A DNA stretch of 64,000 nucleotides from Desulfosoma sp. (GTDB lineage Bacteria > Desulfobacterota > Syntrophobacteria > Syntrophobacterales > DSM-9756). Of the stretch, positions 48,965-59,438 are shown piece by piece. The number at the start of each line of letters is the position of its first letter. The stretch's first letter is position 1. The notes beneath the pieces are model-generated. The model saw nothing but the letters and a program-made list of their open reading frames with translations. It was not told where the DNA came from and did no database searches. The DNA lies in contig JBBFKW010000009.1 in assembly GCA_037481835.1 (NCBI GenBank), positions 1 through 64,000 of the forward strand, given 5' to 3'. The position numbers and the translations under genes were made by a program.

Positions 48965-50122
48965 ATGAAGCGATACGCAACCGTCATGATGGCCTGTGTG
49001 CTGACCGTTTTTCTCGCCGTGGGTGTGGCCGTGGCGGCCAAGGAACAGCGCGGCAAATTCGCCGAAGACCCGCGTCACGACATGGCCAAGAAGGTGGATT
49101 TCAAGCCGTCCGACAAGACCTTCCGCTGGAAAATGGTCATGCCGTGGACCAAGGGCCTGCTCTTTTACGATATCGCCCAACATTTCGCCGACAGTGTCCG
49201 GTTGGCCTCCGCAGGACGTTTGGACATTAAGGTCTTTTCCGCCGACGAATTGGTCCCCGCCATGCAGACCTTCGATGCCGTCGCCCAGGGAACGGCCGAA
49301 GTCGGCCACGACTGGCCCGGCTACTGGAAGGGGAAAAACGAAGCCTTCGTCGCCTTTGCCTCCGTGCCCTTCGGTCTGGATGCGGAAGGCTATAATATCT
49401 GGCTCTATGAAAAGGGCGGCCTGGCCATGATGCAGGAACTCTACGGCCGATTCGGCCTCCATGCCCTGCCGTGCGGTCAGGTGGGCCAGGAAATGGGGCT
49501 GTTCTCCAACAAGCGCGCGACCAAGATGGAAGATTTCAAAGGCCTGCGCGTGCGGACCCCCGGCTGGTACATGGACATTATGAACATGCTGGGCGCCTCC
49601 GTGAGCCCCCTCCCCGGCGGGGAAGTCTATCTCGCCTTGGAACGCGGCGTCATCGATGCGGCCGAATTTTCTTCGCCGGCCATCAATTATCCCATGGGCT
49701 TTGACGAAGTGACCAAGTATTCCATTCAGCCGGGTGTGCACCAGCCGGGCTGCCAGTGCGCCGTCTTTTTCAACAAGAAGGCGTGGGATGAACTGCCCGA
49801 AGATCTGAAATGGATCGTGCAGATCGCCGCCATGGAAACTCAGCTGTGGAGCTACAACTGGGTGAACGCCCTGAACGCCAAAGCCATCCAGGAATTCAAG
49901 AAGCGCATCGAATTCGTCCGCATGGACACGGACGCCCTGATCCAATTCCGCAAGACGACCAAGCAATACCTGGATTCGCTCAAGGAGAAATACCCGGACG
50001 TGAAAAAGGTCCTGGATTCCCAGGAAGCCTTCATCGAAGAGTATGCCGTGTGGCGTGACGCCCGAAGCGGCGTGGCTGCATGGCCTTATGAAATCTATAT
50101 TTCCGGGCGCGTGACGGAATAA
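48965..50122 (+). CDS. dctP: TRAP transporter substrate-binding protein (TakP/monocarboxylate type)
   Basis: Signal peptide, ASVPFG, GLRVRTPG, GGEVYLALERGVIDAAEF. Confidence 0.9.
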   Translation: MKRYATVMMACVLTVFLAVGVAVAAKEQRGKFAEDPRHDMAKKVDFKPSDKTFRWKMVMPWTKGLLFYDIAQHFADSVRLASAGRLDIKVFSADELVPAMQTFDAVAQGTAEVGHDWPGYWKGKNEAFVAFASVPFGLDAEGYNIWLYEKGGLAMMQELYGRFGLHALPCGQVGQEMGLFSNKRATKMEDFKGLRVRTPGWYMDIMNMLGASVSPLPGGEVYLALERGVIDAAEFSSPAINYPMGFDEVTKYSIQPGVHQPGCQCAVFFNKKAWDELPEDLKWIVQIAAMETQLWSYNWVNALNAKAIQEFKKRIEFVRMDTDALIQFRKTTKQYLDSLKEKYPDVKKVLDSQEAFIEEYAVWRDARSGVAAWPYEIYISGRVTE

Positions 50123-50152
50123 GAAATCGTTGGAGACGTGACAAGAAACCGC

Positions 50153-50184
50153 GGTCTCAGGGGCGCTTCGGCGCCCCTGAGACC
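50153..50184 (+). other. Perfect intercistronic hairpin after dctP
   Basis: GGTCTCAGGGGCGC-TTCG-GCGCCCCTGAGACC (14-bp stem, UUCG loop); likely mRNA stabiliser or partial terminator. Confidence 0.7.
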
Positions 50185-50204
50185 CTTCTGTGGAGATGCC
50201 CGAT

Positions 50205-50705
50205 ATGGCCAACCCCTTCAGCTCCGCCGTGGACGCTTTCATCGACCGCCAGGGGCGGGTGTGTGCGCTGCTCATCCTTCCCCTCAGCGTGGTCGTCATC
50301 TATGAAGTCATCATGCGCTACGTTTTCAACGCCCCCACGATTTGGGGCTTCGAAATGACCACCTTCCTTTACGGCCTCCATTACATGCTGGGCCTGGCCT
50401 ACACCGAACTGTACAACGGGCACGTCAAAGTGGACATCCTCACCGCCCGCATTAAGAAACGGCCCGCCACGATTCTGTCGATCATCACGAGCCTCGTGAT
50501 TTTCGTGCCCATTATGAGCCTCCTCACTTTCTGGACGTGGGCCTTCGCCATCAAGTCCACTCAAATGATGGAAAAGAACGCCACCAGCTGGGCCCCGCCC
50601 ATTTGGCCCATCAAGCTGCTCATGGCCTTGAGCTTTACCTTCCTGTTGCTCCAAGGCCTGTCCAAACTCTTTCGAGACCTGGAATCCTTGAAGAGCGGTT
50701 CCTAA
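50205..50705 (+). CDS. dctQ: TRAP small permease
   Basis: YEVIMRYVFNAPTIW, HVKVD; 4 TM helices. Confidence 0.9.
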   Translation: MANPFSSAVDAFIDRQGRVCALLILPLSVVVIYEVIMRYVFNAPTIWGFEMTTFLYGLHYMLGLAYTELYNGHVKVDILTARIKKRPATILSIITSLVIFVPIMSLLTFWTWAFAIKSTQMMEKNATSWAPPIWPIKLLMALSFTFLLLQGLSKLFRDLESLKSGS

Positions 50706-50729
50706 CCCACAGTGTCGAGGTGATATCCC

Positions 50730-52073
50730 ATGAGTCCAGAAGTCCTCACCGTGGCCATGTTCGGCACCCTGGTGGTGGCCGTAGCCCTCGGCCATCCCCT
50801 GGCTTACACCTTAGCGGGCGTGGCCACCCTTTTCGGGTTGATCGATAACGGGTTCAACGTCCAGATGCTTTTCAACATGTACGCCAACCAATGTTGGGGC
50901 ATCATGGACAATTACGTCCTCGTGGCCATCCCTCTCTTTATCTTCATGGCCCAATTGTTGGATCGGTCCAAGGTGGCCGAAAAGCTCTTCGAGTCCCTTT
51001 ATATCGTTTTGGGCAGTGTGAAGGGCGGCCTGGGTCTGGCCGTCGTCGTCGTGTGCACCGTCTTCGCCGCCACAACGGGCATCATTGGCGCTTCCGTGGT
51101 GGCCATGGGTCTTTTGGCGGCTCCGGCCCTGGTGGAAAAGGGCTACGATAAGGCCATGACCTCGGGCATCATTTGTGCCGCCGGCACCCTGGGCATCCTC
51201 ATTCCGCCCAGCATCATGATGGTCGTCTACGGGGGCTTGACGGGACTCAAGGAAACCTCCGTGGGGAACCTCTTCGCGGGAGCCGTCATTCCGGGGCTCA
51301 TCCTTTCGGGCCTTTATTTTGTGTACATTCTTCTGCGCTGCATTATCAACCCGAAGATGGGGCCTCCCATCAGCAAGGAAGAGGCGGGCCGGTATTCCAG
51401 CGCCCAGAAGTGGGCCATGACCATGAAATCTCTGGTGCCTCCCTTGGCTTTGATCTTCATGGTCATGGGAACGATCCTGGGCGGCGTGGCCACGCCGACG
51501 GAAGCGGCGGGGCTTGGCGCCCTCGGCGCCTTCATCCTCGCGGTGGCCAACCGGCAGCTCACCTGGCGGGTGCTCAAGGAATCGAGCTACGCCACCCTGC
51601 GCACCACGGCCATGGTCATGATGCTCTTTATCGGCGGCAAATTCTTCAGCGCCGTCTTCCTTCGCATGGGCGGCGGGGACGTGGTGGCCGATCTTCTCAT
51701 CGGCTCGGGCCTGAGCAAATGGACCATCGTCTGCATCATGATGCTCATCGTTTTCATAATGGGCATGTTCGTGGACTGGGCGGCCATCCTCTTGGTCACG
51801 GTCCCCATCTTTATGCCCATCGTGCTGGAATTGGAAATCGATCCCTTGTGGTTTTCCATGCTCATGTGCGTGAATCTTCAAACATCCTTCCTCACACCCC
51901 CCTTCGGATACGCCCTGTTCTACTTTGCCGGGGTCGCCCCCAAGGGCTACGACATGATGACGATTTATCGAGGCATTGTGCCTTTCGTCGTTTTGCAGCT
52001 CATCGGGCTTTTTATCATCGCCGTGTTTCCGGCAACGATCACATGGCTGCCCAACCTCTTCTTCGGACGGTAG
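50730..52073 (+). CDS. dctM: TRAP large permease
   Basis: AIPLFIFM, GTLGILIPPS, TPTEAA, LTPPFG. Confidence 0.92.
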   Translation: MSPEVLTVAMFGTLVVAVALGHPLAYTLAGVATLFGLIDNGFNVQMLFNMYANQCWGIMDNYVLVAIPLFIFMAQLLDRSKVAEKLFESLYIVLGSVKGGLGLAVVVVCTVFAATTGIIGASVVAMGLLAAPALVEKGYDKAMTSGIICAAGTLGILIPPSIMMVVYGGLTGLKETSVGNLFAGAVIPGLILSGLYFVYILLRCIINPKMGPPISKEEAGRYSSAQKWAMTMKSLVPPLALIFMVMGTILGGVATPTEAAGLGALGAFILAVANRQLTWRVLKESSYATLRTTAMVMMLFIGGKFFSAVFLRMGGGDVVADLLIGSGLSKWTIVCIMMLIVFIMGMFVDWAAILLVTVPIFMPIVLELEIDPLWFSMLMCVNLQTSFLTPPFGYALFYFAGVAPKGYDMMTIYRGIVPFVVLQLIGLFIIAVFPATITWLPNLFFGR

Positions 52074-52095
52074 GATTGGGCGGGGGAGGCATCCC

Positions 52096-52653
52096 GTGAC
52101 CGACCTGGATCTTGTGGCCCTCATGACGGAAAAAGCGCGGTCGGTGCAGACCGTTGTGGAACAGTGCCCCCACTGGGCCGCCGTGGTGAGATACACTGTG
52201 GAACTTACGGCGGCTCAGGGCGGCCCCACCATCGCCCCATGGGGCCTGCCCGAAGAAGTTCGCGACATGCTCGCCAACGGCGCCTCGGAAAAAGGCCTTC
52301 GCCTTCTCGATCCCCCGTTTCGCGCCTCCCTGGAAGAAATCCACACGGCGATCACCCGCGCCGACTGGGGCATCGCCGAAACGGGCACGGTGGTCCTGGA
52401 TTCCACGGCGGAAGATCTCCGCATCGCCACCATGCTGTCCGAAACCCACGTAATCGTGCTTCCTCAAGGCCGCCTCCGGCGCTCCTCTTTTGACGTGGCT
52501 GAAGCCGTCAAGGCTTGGCATCGGGAGCCTCCCCGCTATGTGGCCTTTATTTCCGGGGCGAGTCGCACAGCGGACATCGAACGGGTTCTGACCATCGGGG
52601 TGCATGGGCCTCAGCACCTGCACCTTCTTATCCTCCAGGAGGGGGCCTCATGA
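52096..52653 (+). CDS. Lactate utilisation protein, LutC/LldG (LUD domain)
   Basis: GIAETGT, ISGASRTADIERVLTIGVHGP. Confidence 0.85.
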   Translation: MTDLDLVALMTEKARSVQTVVEQCPHWAAVVRYTVELTAAQGGPTIAPWGLPEEVRDMLANGASEKGLRLLDPPFRASLEEIHTAITRADWGIAETGTVVLDSTAEDLRIATMLSETHVIVLPQGRLRRSSFDVAEAVKAWHREPPRYVAFISGASRTADIERVLTIGVHGPQHLHLLILQEGAS

Positions 52654-54821
52654 CGACTCAGGCGCCTCAAGACGTGAAAACTTACCGCAGGCAGCTCCGC
52701 CGAGCCCTCGACAACGCCTTTTTGCGTCAGACCCTGGACACTTTCGCGGCGGCGTATCGGGAATCCCGTGCCCGAGCCTTTGAAGGCATCGACCTGGAAG
52801 GGCTCATCGCCGACATCGCCCGCCGGAAAGCTTCGGCGCTGCCGCGGCTGGAAGAGCTTTTTGAGGAATTCAAACGCCGGGCGGAAGCGGCCGGGGCCGT
52901 GGTCCATTCGGCCGCAACGGCCCGGGAAGCTAACGAACTCATTGCCCGGATCGCCAGGGAAAACGGGGTGCGCACGATCATCAAGTCCAAGTCCATGACC
53001 GCCGAAGAAACCTTCCTCAACGCGCACCTGGAAGGGGAAGGCTTTGAGGTGACGGAAACGGACCTGGGCGAATGGATCATTCAGCTGCGCCGCGAAGGCC
53101 CGTCCCACATGGTGCTTCCGGCCATCCACCTGTCCCGCCATCAGGTGGCCGAACTCTTCGAAAAGGTGACCGGGGAGCGACAGGATCCCGACGATATCGA
53201 AAAGATGGTGAAAGTGGCCCGGCGCACCTTGCGCCGAGCCTTCCTGGAAGCGGACATGGGGATTTCCGGGGCGAACTTCGCCGTGGCCGAATCGGGCACC
53301 CTAGGCCTGGTGACCAATGAAGGCAACGCCCGGCTGGTCACCACGCTGCCTCGGGTCCACGTGGCCTTGGTGGGTTACGACAAGCTCCTGCCGGATATGG
53401 AAACCGCTCTGACCATTCTGAAAGCGCTGCCGCGAAACGCCACGGGCCAGATCATTTCCACCTACGTGACCTGGATCACCGGCGCCACGCCCTGTGCGGC
53501 ATCACCCACGGGGCGAAAGATTCTGCACATCATCTTTTTGGATAACGGCCGGCTGCAGCTGGCGAAAGACCCCGTTTTTTCCCAGGCGCTGCAGTGCGTG
53601 CGCTGCGGGGCGTGCGCCAATGTGTGCCCCATCTACCGCCTGGTGGGCGGGCACCATTACGGCCATGTCTACATCGGCGCCATCGGGCTCATCCTCACGG
53701 CCTTCTACCACGGCGTGGAAAACGCCCGCGCCCTGGTCATGAACTGCCTCAACTGCCAGGCCTGCAAAGCGGTCTGCCCCGCTGGGATCGATCTCCCCTA
53801 TCTCATCAAGAACGCCGTGCGCCACGTGCTGGAGCGTGAAAAACGGCGCCCGGTGAAAAACCTGCTCTTGTCCAAGGTGCTCAAGGACCGGAAGCTTTTC
53901 CATTTCCTGCTGCGCCGAGCGGCCCTCGCCCAGAAGCCCTTGGCGGGAAAAGAGCCCCTCATCCGCCATTTGCCGCTCTTTTTCGACAAGACGCACGGGT
54001 TTCGAAGCCTTCCTGTGATCCAAGCCGTGCCTTTTCGGGACCGATGGGAACGGACCCGTCCGCCGGTGGCCGATCCCGCCATGCGGGTCACGTTGTTCGG
54101 CGGCTGCTTGATCGACTTCGTCTATCCGGAGCAGGCGGAAGCAGTGCTTCCGCTTCTTTCGGATCACCGCGTGGCCGTGGACTTCCCCCCGGGCCAAACC
54201 TGCTGCGGCCTTCCGGCGCTCATGGCCGCGGAGAAGGAGACGGCCCGAGATGTGGCCTTGCAGAATCTGCGCGCCGTGGACCTGGACCGCTCCGACTGGA
54301 TCCTGACCCTGTGTGCCTCGTGCGGTTCCCACATGAAGGAAAACTACCCCAAGCTTCTGGGGGACGACCCGGTGTGGGGGGAACGGGTGCGGCGTTTCGC
54401 GGAGAAAGTCATCGATTTCAGCTCGTTTCTCAAAAACGTGTTGAAGGTATCCCCTGAAGATTTCGCCCCGTCGTCGCAAAAGACGGCATACCACGCCCCC
54501 TGTCATCTGTGCCGGGGGTTGAAGGTGGTGGAGGCCCCGCGGGAGCTTCTAAAAACCGCCGGTTGGGATTATGTGCCCACCAAGGACGAAGATGTGTGCT
54601 GCGGCTTCGGGGGATCGTATTCCTTGGAATTTCCGGAAATTTCGGCGGAACTCCTCAAGCGGAAATTGGACCATGTAGAGGCGTCGGGAGCCGACATGCT
54701 GGTGACCGACTGCCCGGGGTGCGTCCTTCAGCTTCGCGGCGGAGCCGACAAGCAGGGCCGCCGTTTCCGGGTCTGCCACATCGCCGAAGCCGTCGCCCGA
54801 ACGTACCGGAAAAGCCGCTAA
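52650..54821 (+). CDS. L-lactate dehydrogenase large subunit (LutB-LutA-like fusion, LldH/LdhH type)
   Basis: KSKSM, ETDLGEWI, PSH..PAIH, NEGN, CVRCGACANVCP, two CCG domains. Confidence 0.88.
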   Translation: MTTQAPQDVKTYRRQLRRALDNAFLRQTLDTFAAAYRESRARAFEGIDLEGLIADIARRKASALPRLEELFEEFKRRAEAAGAVVHSAATAREANELIARIARENGVRTIIKSKSMTAEETFLNAHLEGEGFEVTETDLGEWIIQLRREGPSHMVLPAIHLSRHQVAELFEKVTGERQDPDDIEKMVKVARRTLRRAFLEADMGISGANFAVAESGTLGLVTNEGNARLVTTLPRVHVALVGYDKLLPDMETALTILKALPRNATGQIISTYVTWITGATPCAASPTGRKILHIIFLDNGRLQLAKDPVFSQALQCVRCGACANVCPIYRLVGGHHYGHVYIGAIGLILTAFYHGVENARALVMNCLNCQACKAVCPAGIDLPYLIKNAVRHVLEREKRRPVKNLLLSKVLKDRKLFHFLLRRAALAQKPLAGKEPLIRHLPLFFDKTHGFRSLPVIQAVPFRDRWERTRPPVADPAMRVTLFGGCLIDFVYPEQAEAVLPLLSDHRVAVDFPPGQTCCGLPALMAAEKETARDVALQNLRAVDLDRSDWILTLCASCGSHMKENYPKLLGDDPVWGERVRRFAEKVIDFSSFLKNVLKVSPEDFAPSSQKTAYHAPCHLCRGLKVVEAPRELLKTAGWDYVPTKDEDVCCGFGGSYSLEFPEISAELLKRKLDHVEASGADMLVTDCPGCVLQLRGGADKQGRRFRVCHIAEAVARTYRKSR

Positions 54822-54841
54822 ATTCTCGTGGATCGATCTTG

Positions 54842-54881
54842 GAAGGGGGCAAAGAACGTCAGCCCGGGGCGCAGCCCCGGG
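54842..54881 (-). repeat. REP-like palindromic repeat
   Basis: Minus strand CCCGGGGCTGCGCCCCGGGCTG-N-GCCCCCTTC. Confidence 0.6.
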
Positions 54882-55045
54882 ATCGGGTGCAATCCATCTC
54901 CATCAAATCCTCAGCCCCGGAGAGGCGCAGGACGCCCCGGAATTCGCCAACGCATGGCCGGGACCCGGGGGCGCCCATTGCCTCGTAGATTTCCCCGACC
55001 CGCGCCGACTCATCTCTTGCAACCCCAAAAACGGTCCCTTTACGC

Positions 55046-57040
55046 CTATAATTTCTTAAGGGCCTCGCGGGCTTCTTCGGCCCGCACGTAAATGTGCGGG
55101 GCCACGCCGCGCTTGGCCAAAGCATCTCCCAATTTCATGCGCAGAAAGGCGCTTGTGGTGTATCGCGTGACCCCCGAATAGTAATGGTCCACCAAATACT
55201 TCACCATGTCCGTGTAAGGATCCACCACGTCCGGAAAAATCGTGAAATTGTCATAATTGACGATGGCATAAACCCGGTGTCCCAAGGGCTTGAGAATCTT
55301 CTCCACCGCCTCCCGGATGGTTTCGACTTCTTCCAACGTCTTGACGCTGAACCCTTCGAAATTGACGAAAAAGAGATTCTCCTTTGGATCGTACACGAGC
55401 CGCTCCTCCAACGGCAGGGAAAGGAGATCCGTCTTGAGGTCCATGGGCTCATCCCAAAAGATGCGATCGTCCATGAGGCGCGGTGTGTTTCGGATGATGG
55501 GCGTGAAATCCATGTGGGCCAAGATATCCCGCTCCAGGTCCACGCCGGGGGCGATCTCGATCAATTCCAGCCCTCCCTCGGTCAAGGCGAACACGCACCG
55601 CTCCGTCACATACAGGACGGGTTTCTTGCGACGGCGGGCGTAGGCGCCGCTGAAGGTGACGTGCTCCACCCGATCCACAAACTTTTTCGCCTTTCCCTCT
55701 TGGAGGATGCGCAGCGCGCCGTCCTCCACAATCATCTTTACGCCTCCGGCCGTGAAGGTCCCCATGAAAACCACTTTTTTGGCGCTCTGGCTGATGTTGA
55801 TAAACCCGCCGGCTCCGGCGATCTTCGGCCCGAACTTGCTCACGTTCACATTCCCTTGAGCGTCCGCCTGAGCCATCCCGAGGAACGCGATGTCCAAACC
55901 GCCGCCGTCATAAAAATCGAATTGGGCCGTCTGGTCGATGACCGCGTCGGTGTTGACGGCGGCCCCAAAGTTCAGCCCTCCGGCGGGCATGCCGCCGATG
56001 ACGCCCGGTTCGGCCGTCAGAGTGAGGTATTCCAGGATCTTTTCTTCCACGGCCACGTTGGCCACCCCTTCCGGCATGCCGATCCCCAGGTTCACCACGC
56101 TGTTGGCCTTCAGTTCAAAGGCGGCCCGCCGTGCGATGATTTTCCTTTCGTTCAACGGCATGGGGGGCACGGTAGTCATGGGCACTCGGATCTCGCAGGA
56201 AAACGCCGGGTTGTAGGGTGCGGCGAAGGTCTGCCAATGGTTTTCCGCAGAGGCCACCACGATGCAATCCACCAAGATACCGGGAATCTTGACCTGGCGG
56301 GCGTTCAGGGTGCCACGTTCGGCGATGCGTTCCACCTGGGCGATGACAAAGCCGCCGCTGTTTCGGGCGGCGGTGGCCAAGGAAAGGGTTTCCAAGGTCA
56401 AAGCCTCCCGTTCCATGGTGATGTTGCCGTCGGTGTCCGCCGTCGTTCCCCGGATGATGGCCACATGGATGGGAAAGGTTTTGTAGGCGAGGATCTCTTC
56501 GCCGTCGATGACCATGAGCTCCACCAGGTCTTCTGTGGTAATGTCGTTGAGTTTCCCGCCGCCGTTTCGCGGATCCACAAAAGTGCCGAGCCCCACGGTG
56601 GTGAGGGTTCGTGGCTTCTTTGCAGCGATATCCCGATACATGTGGGTGATGACGCCCTGCGGCAGGTTGTACGCCTCGATCTTGTTCTCCATGGCCAGTC
56701 GCTGCAGCTTGGGCACCAGTCCCCAGTGCCCTCCCACGACGCGCTTCACAAGCCCCTCATGTCCCAAGTGGTTCAACCCCCGTTCTTTGCCGTCGCCTTG
56801 GCCCGCGGCGTAAAAAAGGGTCAGGTCCCGGGGTCTTCCCGTGGTCAGAAACCGTTTTTCCAACGCCACGGCCACCTCCTCGGCAAAACCGATCCCCACG
56901 AACCCCCCCGTGGCCACGGTATCCCCGTCACGGATCACCTGCACGGCCTCCTGGGCGCTGACGATTTTCCCCTTCCGGGTCCTCTGGGGCGGATAGGGAG
57001 AAAGGAAAGGGTGCGTTCCGGAGATGACCTGATCCGTCAT
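55046..57040 (-). CDS. Family I acyl-CoA:acetate/propionate CoA-transferase (Pct/YdiF type) with C-terminal extension
   Basis: [25 protein letters not shown] (catalytic Glu), [20 protein letters not shown]. Confidence 0.9.
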   Translation of the reverse strand: MTDQVISGTHPFLSPYPPQRTRKGKIVSAQEAVQVIRDGDTVATGGFVGIGFAEEVAVALEKRFLTTGRPRDLTLFYAAGQGDGKERGLNHLGHEGLVKRVVGGHWGLVPKLQRLAMENKIEAYNLPQGVITHMYRDIAAKKPRTLTTVGLGTFVDPRNGGGKLNDITTEDLVELMVIDGEEILAYKTFPIHVAIIRGTTADTDGNITMEREALTLETLSLATAARNSGGFVIAQVERIAERGTLNARQVKIPGILVDCIVVASAENHWQTFAAPYNPAFSCEIRVPMTTVPPMPLNERKIIARRAAFELKANSVVNLGIGMPEGVANVAVEEKILEYLTLTAEPGVIGGMPAGGLNFGAAVNTDAVIDQTAQFDFYDGGGLDIAFLGMAQADAQGNVNVSKFGPKIAGAGGFINISQSAKKVVFMGTFTAGGVKMIVEDGALRILQEGKAKKFVDRVEHVTFSGAYARRRKKPVLYVTERCVFALTEGGLELIEIAPGVDLERDILAHMDFTPIIRNTPRLMDDRIFWDEPMDLKTDLLSLPLEERLVYDPKENLFFVNFEGFSVKTLEEVETIREAVEKILKPLGHRVYAIVNYDNFTIFPDVVDPYTDMVKYLVDHYYSGVTRYTTSAFLRMKLGDALAKRGVAPHIYVRAEEAREALKKL

Positions 57041-57267
57041 GGGAACTCCTCTAACCAGTTGGTCATTTTCCCAAATGTTCGAGCCAAGCGCCTCTTTGAC
57101 GTGAACAAACCCTGGGAGCACGCGGCAAACTGCATGTGGAACGTGTGACCCTACTTCCAAGCTTGCTCAATATCATCGGTGAATACCTACCAAATCGAGG
57201 CCAGGCTTTCAAACGCAAAGGCTTGGCAAACGCTCCGCATACGTCGCCCTCACCGAGACCGTTCCCT

Positions 57268-57879
57268 TTACGGGACTACCCCGTGCTCTTCCAGGAAAAG
57301 ACTCAAGCCCTGGGGGTCCCGGTAGAGGTGGGAGACAATGCCGAGGGAGCGGGCGGCCTCCACGTTTTCCGGCGCATCATCCACAAAGAGGGCCTGAGGG
57401 GGCGCAACATGGAGTCTTTCAAGAGTCGTGATGTAGGCTTGGGGAAAAGGCTTTCGCACCCCCTCTTCGGCGGAACAAAACACCGCGTGGAAAAAGCACA
57501 GGACGTCCCAACGCTCAAGCCATGCCTTCAACCCTTTGGGCGCGTTGGAAAGGACGGCCAGCGGCACACGGCCGTAGAGGCGCCGGATGATGCGGATGAC
57601 GGGCTCGTTGGGCCGCTCGTCCGCATCGTAACGGGCCCGGAAAGCAGCAACGGCTTCCGCACTGCGCAGGTTCAGGCGCGGTCCCATGATCCGCCAGTAA
57701 TCGTCCAGGCTCAAGCGCCCCGTCAAGGTGTCTTCCCAGGCCGGATCGTCGAACATTATCCGGTTGATACTTCCGCGGGGCAGGCCCAAATCCCGTTCGT
57801 AACTTTCAAAGAGCGAAGCCGGCTTGGGGGCGGAAATGACCCGCCCGAAATCGAAAAGAACCGCCCGCGGTGCGCCCAT
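57268..57879 (-). CDS. HAD-family phosphatase (YihX-like)
   Basis: LFDFGRV, LSN, KP, FVDD..ENV. Confidence 0.85.
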   Translation of the reverse strand: MGAPRAVLFDFGRVISAPKPASLFESYERDLGLPRGSINRIMFDDPAWEDTLTGRLSLDDYWRIMGPRLNLRSAEAVAAFRARYDADERPNEPVIRIIRRLYGRVPLAVLSNAPKGLKAWLERWDVLCFFHAVFCSAEEGVRKPFPQAYITTLERLHVAPPQALFVDDAPENVEAARSLGIVSHLYRDPQGLSLFLEEHGVVP

Positions 57880-57959
57880 CGCCTTGTCATCCTTTCCAAC
57901 AAATCTTAATTTCCCCGTTGCCAATACCGAAACGTGAAATCGGCAAGGGGTTCATCGAA

Positions 57960-59438
57960 ATGGACCGAAACTCAGCCCACGGCGTCTCCCGACCCGCCCC
58001 CATGGGATCCCTGGTCCTCATGGGGTCGGGGGAATTGTCTCCCAGCATGGTGGAAGTCCACAAGGCCCTGCTCCACGCCAAAGGGCCGGGCGCTTCCGCC
58101 GTATTTATTGACACGCCCGCCGGATTTCAACCCAACGTGGACGACATTTCCCGGCGCGCGCAAGACTACTTCAGCACTCGAGTGGGCCGGCCCCTGGAGG
58201 TCGCCTCCTTGAAATCCCGCAAGGACATGGAAACCCTTCAGGGACGCCACGCCCTGAAACTCATGGCGTCCGCGGACTACCTCCTCATGGGTCCCGGAAG
58301 CCCCACCTACGCGGCCCGGCAATGGATCGGATCCCCCGTCCCGGAAATCCTTCGATCCCGGATCCACGACGGAGCGGTGGTGGCGGCGGCCAGCGCCGCG
58401 GCCCTCACCGTGGGATGGAAGACGCTTCCCGTCTACGAAATCTACAAGGTGGGCATGGACCTTCACTGGGCGGATGGAATGGATCTCTTAGGCCCGTGGG
58501 GTTTTCGCCTGGTCGTCGTCCCTCATTGGAACAACGCCGAAGGCGGCACGCACGACACGCGCTTTTGCTACATGGGGGAAGAACGCTTCCGGATCCTGGA
58601 ACGCCTTCTTCCCTGGGACGCCATCGTGGTGGGTATCGATGAGCATACGGCCTTGGTTGTGGATTTCGCCCGGAACCGGGCTGAGGTTCGAGGGCTCGGG
58701 ACGGTGACCCTGCGAAAACCGCCAGGGCCTGGATCCCCGATTATGCCCGCTTCGACGGAATCCGGCACGCCGCCGGCTTTATCCTTGGGAGATGCTATCG
58801 CACAGGCCCGCGGGCCGGCTTTATCCGAACGTGTTGGTGAAAAGGGGGCCGTCCCCGGGATGGAAAGAATTTTTCGGACGGGAGAAACGTTTCCCTTGGA
58901 CCTTCTCCGGGATTTTTCCACGGCCGCCGCCCCGACACAGGACCTGAAAGAGCCTTTGGCATCGCCATGGGCGAGGGACGACGAGCCGCCGGCCGGTCGG
59001 GACGAGCCCACTCCAGAACCGGAAGGAAGCGCCGCCCCATCGGAGGAGGATTTCTGGGGCGAAGTGCGGCGGCTGGAATCGGCTTTCGAACAAGGACTGG
59101 AAGATCGTCTCCCTGAGAATGCCGCCCGGGGACTTCTGGAGCTGGACCGCCTTTTGTGGGACGCCCTCCGGCACGGCGCCGCCCCCGAAGACCTGTCCCA
59201 AGGGCGGGAACTTTTCCGAGAATGGATCGTTTTGGCGGCGCAGCGCCTGCCCCTTTCCCCCAGGGACACCCATGCCGTCCTTTCACCTCTGGTGGACGAT
59301 CTCGTCCGGCTGCGAGGGCGCCTTCGTGAAAAGCGTCTGTGGGATGCCGCCGATGCCGTGCGATCCCTGCTTGCTTCCTACGGCGTCGTCGTGGAAGATA
59401 CGCCGACGGGATCTCGGTGGCGCTGGACGCATGAGTGA
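57960..59438 (+). CDS. Peptidase S51/cyanophycinase-like domain fused to a CysRS C-terminal anticodon-binding domain
   Basis: MGSGE, GPGSP, ASAAA (Ser), PHWNN (His), GIDEHT (Glu); C-terminus RGRLREKRLWDAADAVR...GVVVEDTPTGSRW. Confidence 0.8.
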   Translation: MDRNSAHGVSRPAPMGSLVLMGSGELSPSMVEVHKALLHAKGPGASAVFIDTPAGFQPNVDDISRRAQDYFSTRVGRPLEVASLKSRKDMETLQGRHALKLMASADYLLMGPGSPTYAARQWIGSPVPEILRSRIHDGAVVAAASAAALTVGWKTLPVYEIYKVGMDLHWADGMDLLGPWGFRLVVVPHWNNAEGGTHDTRFCYMGEERFRILERLLPWDAIVVGIDEHTALVVDFARNRAEVRGLGTVTLRKPPGPGSPIMPASTESGTPPALSLGDAIAQARGPALSERVGEKGAVPGMERIFRTGETFPLDLLRDFSTAAAPTQDLKEPLASPWARDDEPPAGRDEPTPEPEGSAAPSEEDFWGEVRRLESAFEQGLEDRLPENAARGLLELDRLLWDALRHGAAPEDLSQGRELFREWIVLAAQRLPLSPRDTHAVLSPLVDDLVRLRGRLREKRLWDAADAVRSLLASYGVVVEDTPTGSRWRWTHE

